Shown piece after piece: positions 63,598 to 64,000 of a stretch of 64,000 nt of DNA. The notes below the pieces were generated by a model that saw only the letters and a program-made list of their open reading frames with translations, was not told the DNA's origin and made no database searches. Both the position numbers and the translations under genes were made by a program. Position 1 is the stretch's first letter. Each line of letters opens with the position of its first letter. Source of the stretch: Bacteroidales bacterium (GTDB taxonomy: Bacteria > Bacteroidota > Bacteroidia > Bacteroidales > UBA10428); the NCBI GenBank assembly GCA_016935615.1, contig JAFGQO010000075.1:7765-71764 (forward strand), written 5' to 3'.

Positions 63598-64000
63598 TCA
63601 GTTCAGATGATCATTTTTTACCCATATTTCCAATGTTTGTCCGGGAAAAAGATTAAAATTCTGAAGCTGGTTCCATGCCTTGATATTTTCAACAGTACAT
63701 TTGTAATTTATCGCAATTTTATGAAAATATTCACCCGGTTTTACAACGTGTATGATTTTTTCTCTGTCTGTGGTACTGCCTGCATTGGAAAGAAGTGTAT
63801 TATAATCAGTTTTTGGTACAATATAGCCTATAATTCTGTTTTCATACCTTAAATAATCCTCTGCCTTTTCTTTTGGCAACACCAATATACATGGTTCCTC
63901 AAGATTTGGAATAAATCCTCGTTTGTATACAGGATTTAACTCCTCAAGTTTAGAAACCGGCAAATTCAGAACTTTTGAAATTTGTTCAAAAGAAACAGCA
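63598..64000 (-). CDS. LysM-containing lytic transglycosylase (MltD-like), 3' part; truncated by the window edge
   Basis: Frame open to the window end; LEELNPVYKR; C-terminal LysM (HVVKPGE...IKAWNQL...PGQTLEI). Confidence 0.8.
   Translation of the reverse strand, partial: AVSFEQISKVLNLPVSKLEELNPVYKRGFIPNLEEPCILVLPKEKAEDYLRYENRIIGYIVPKTDYNTLLSNAGSTTDREKIIHVVKPGEYFHKIAINYKCTVENIKAWNQLQNFNLFPGQTLEIWVKNDHLN

Noticed and set aside
1-64000. CRISPR array, tRNA/rRNA, prophage, selenoprotein or frameshift recoding
   Set aside because: No regularly spaced repeats, T-loop signatures, phage genes or split ORFs were seen by eye

Overview
A 64-kb AT-rich chromosomal segment from a Bacteroidetes bacterium, probably Bacteroidales/Marinilabiliales-like. 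The assignment rests on SprA and T9SS cargo, TAnnTTTG promoters, TonB-dependent receptors, DUF4249/DUF4837 and DPP7. About 46 genes are supported: housekeeping genes (aspS, lepA, galK-galT-symporter, rnhA/rnhB, ruvA-sprA-gcvH, pdxA), envelope genes (alpha-2-macroglobulin with pbpC, LTA-synthase-like protein, flippase, two TBDR loci) and accessory singletons. I recognised no rRNA, tRNA, CRISPR array, prophage or intact transposase. Main leads: (1) a three-gene module of flavodoxin, a 58-aa H-X13-H membrane peptide and an exported superoxide-reductase/SoxZ-fold protein with an N-terminal His, which looks like a minimal trans-membrane electron conduit; (2) two paralogous unannotated minus-strand micro-ORFs with a coding-type substitution pattern; (3) a TBDR/DUF4249 locus containing a thioester-less macroglobulin-like protein; (4) a putatively sigma54-driven secreted acidic Trp-Met repeat protein; (5) several families of small non-autonomous repeats. 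All calls come from motif recognition by eye; no database searches were run.
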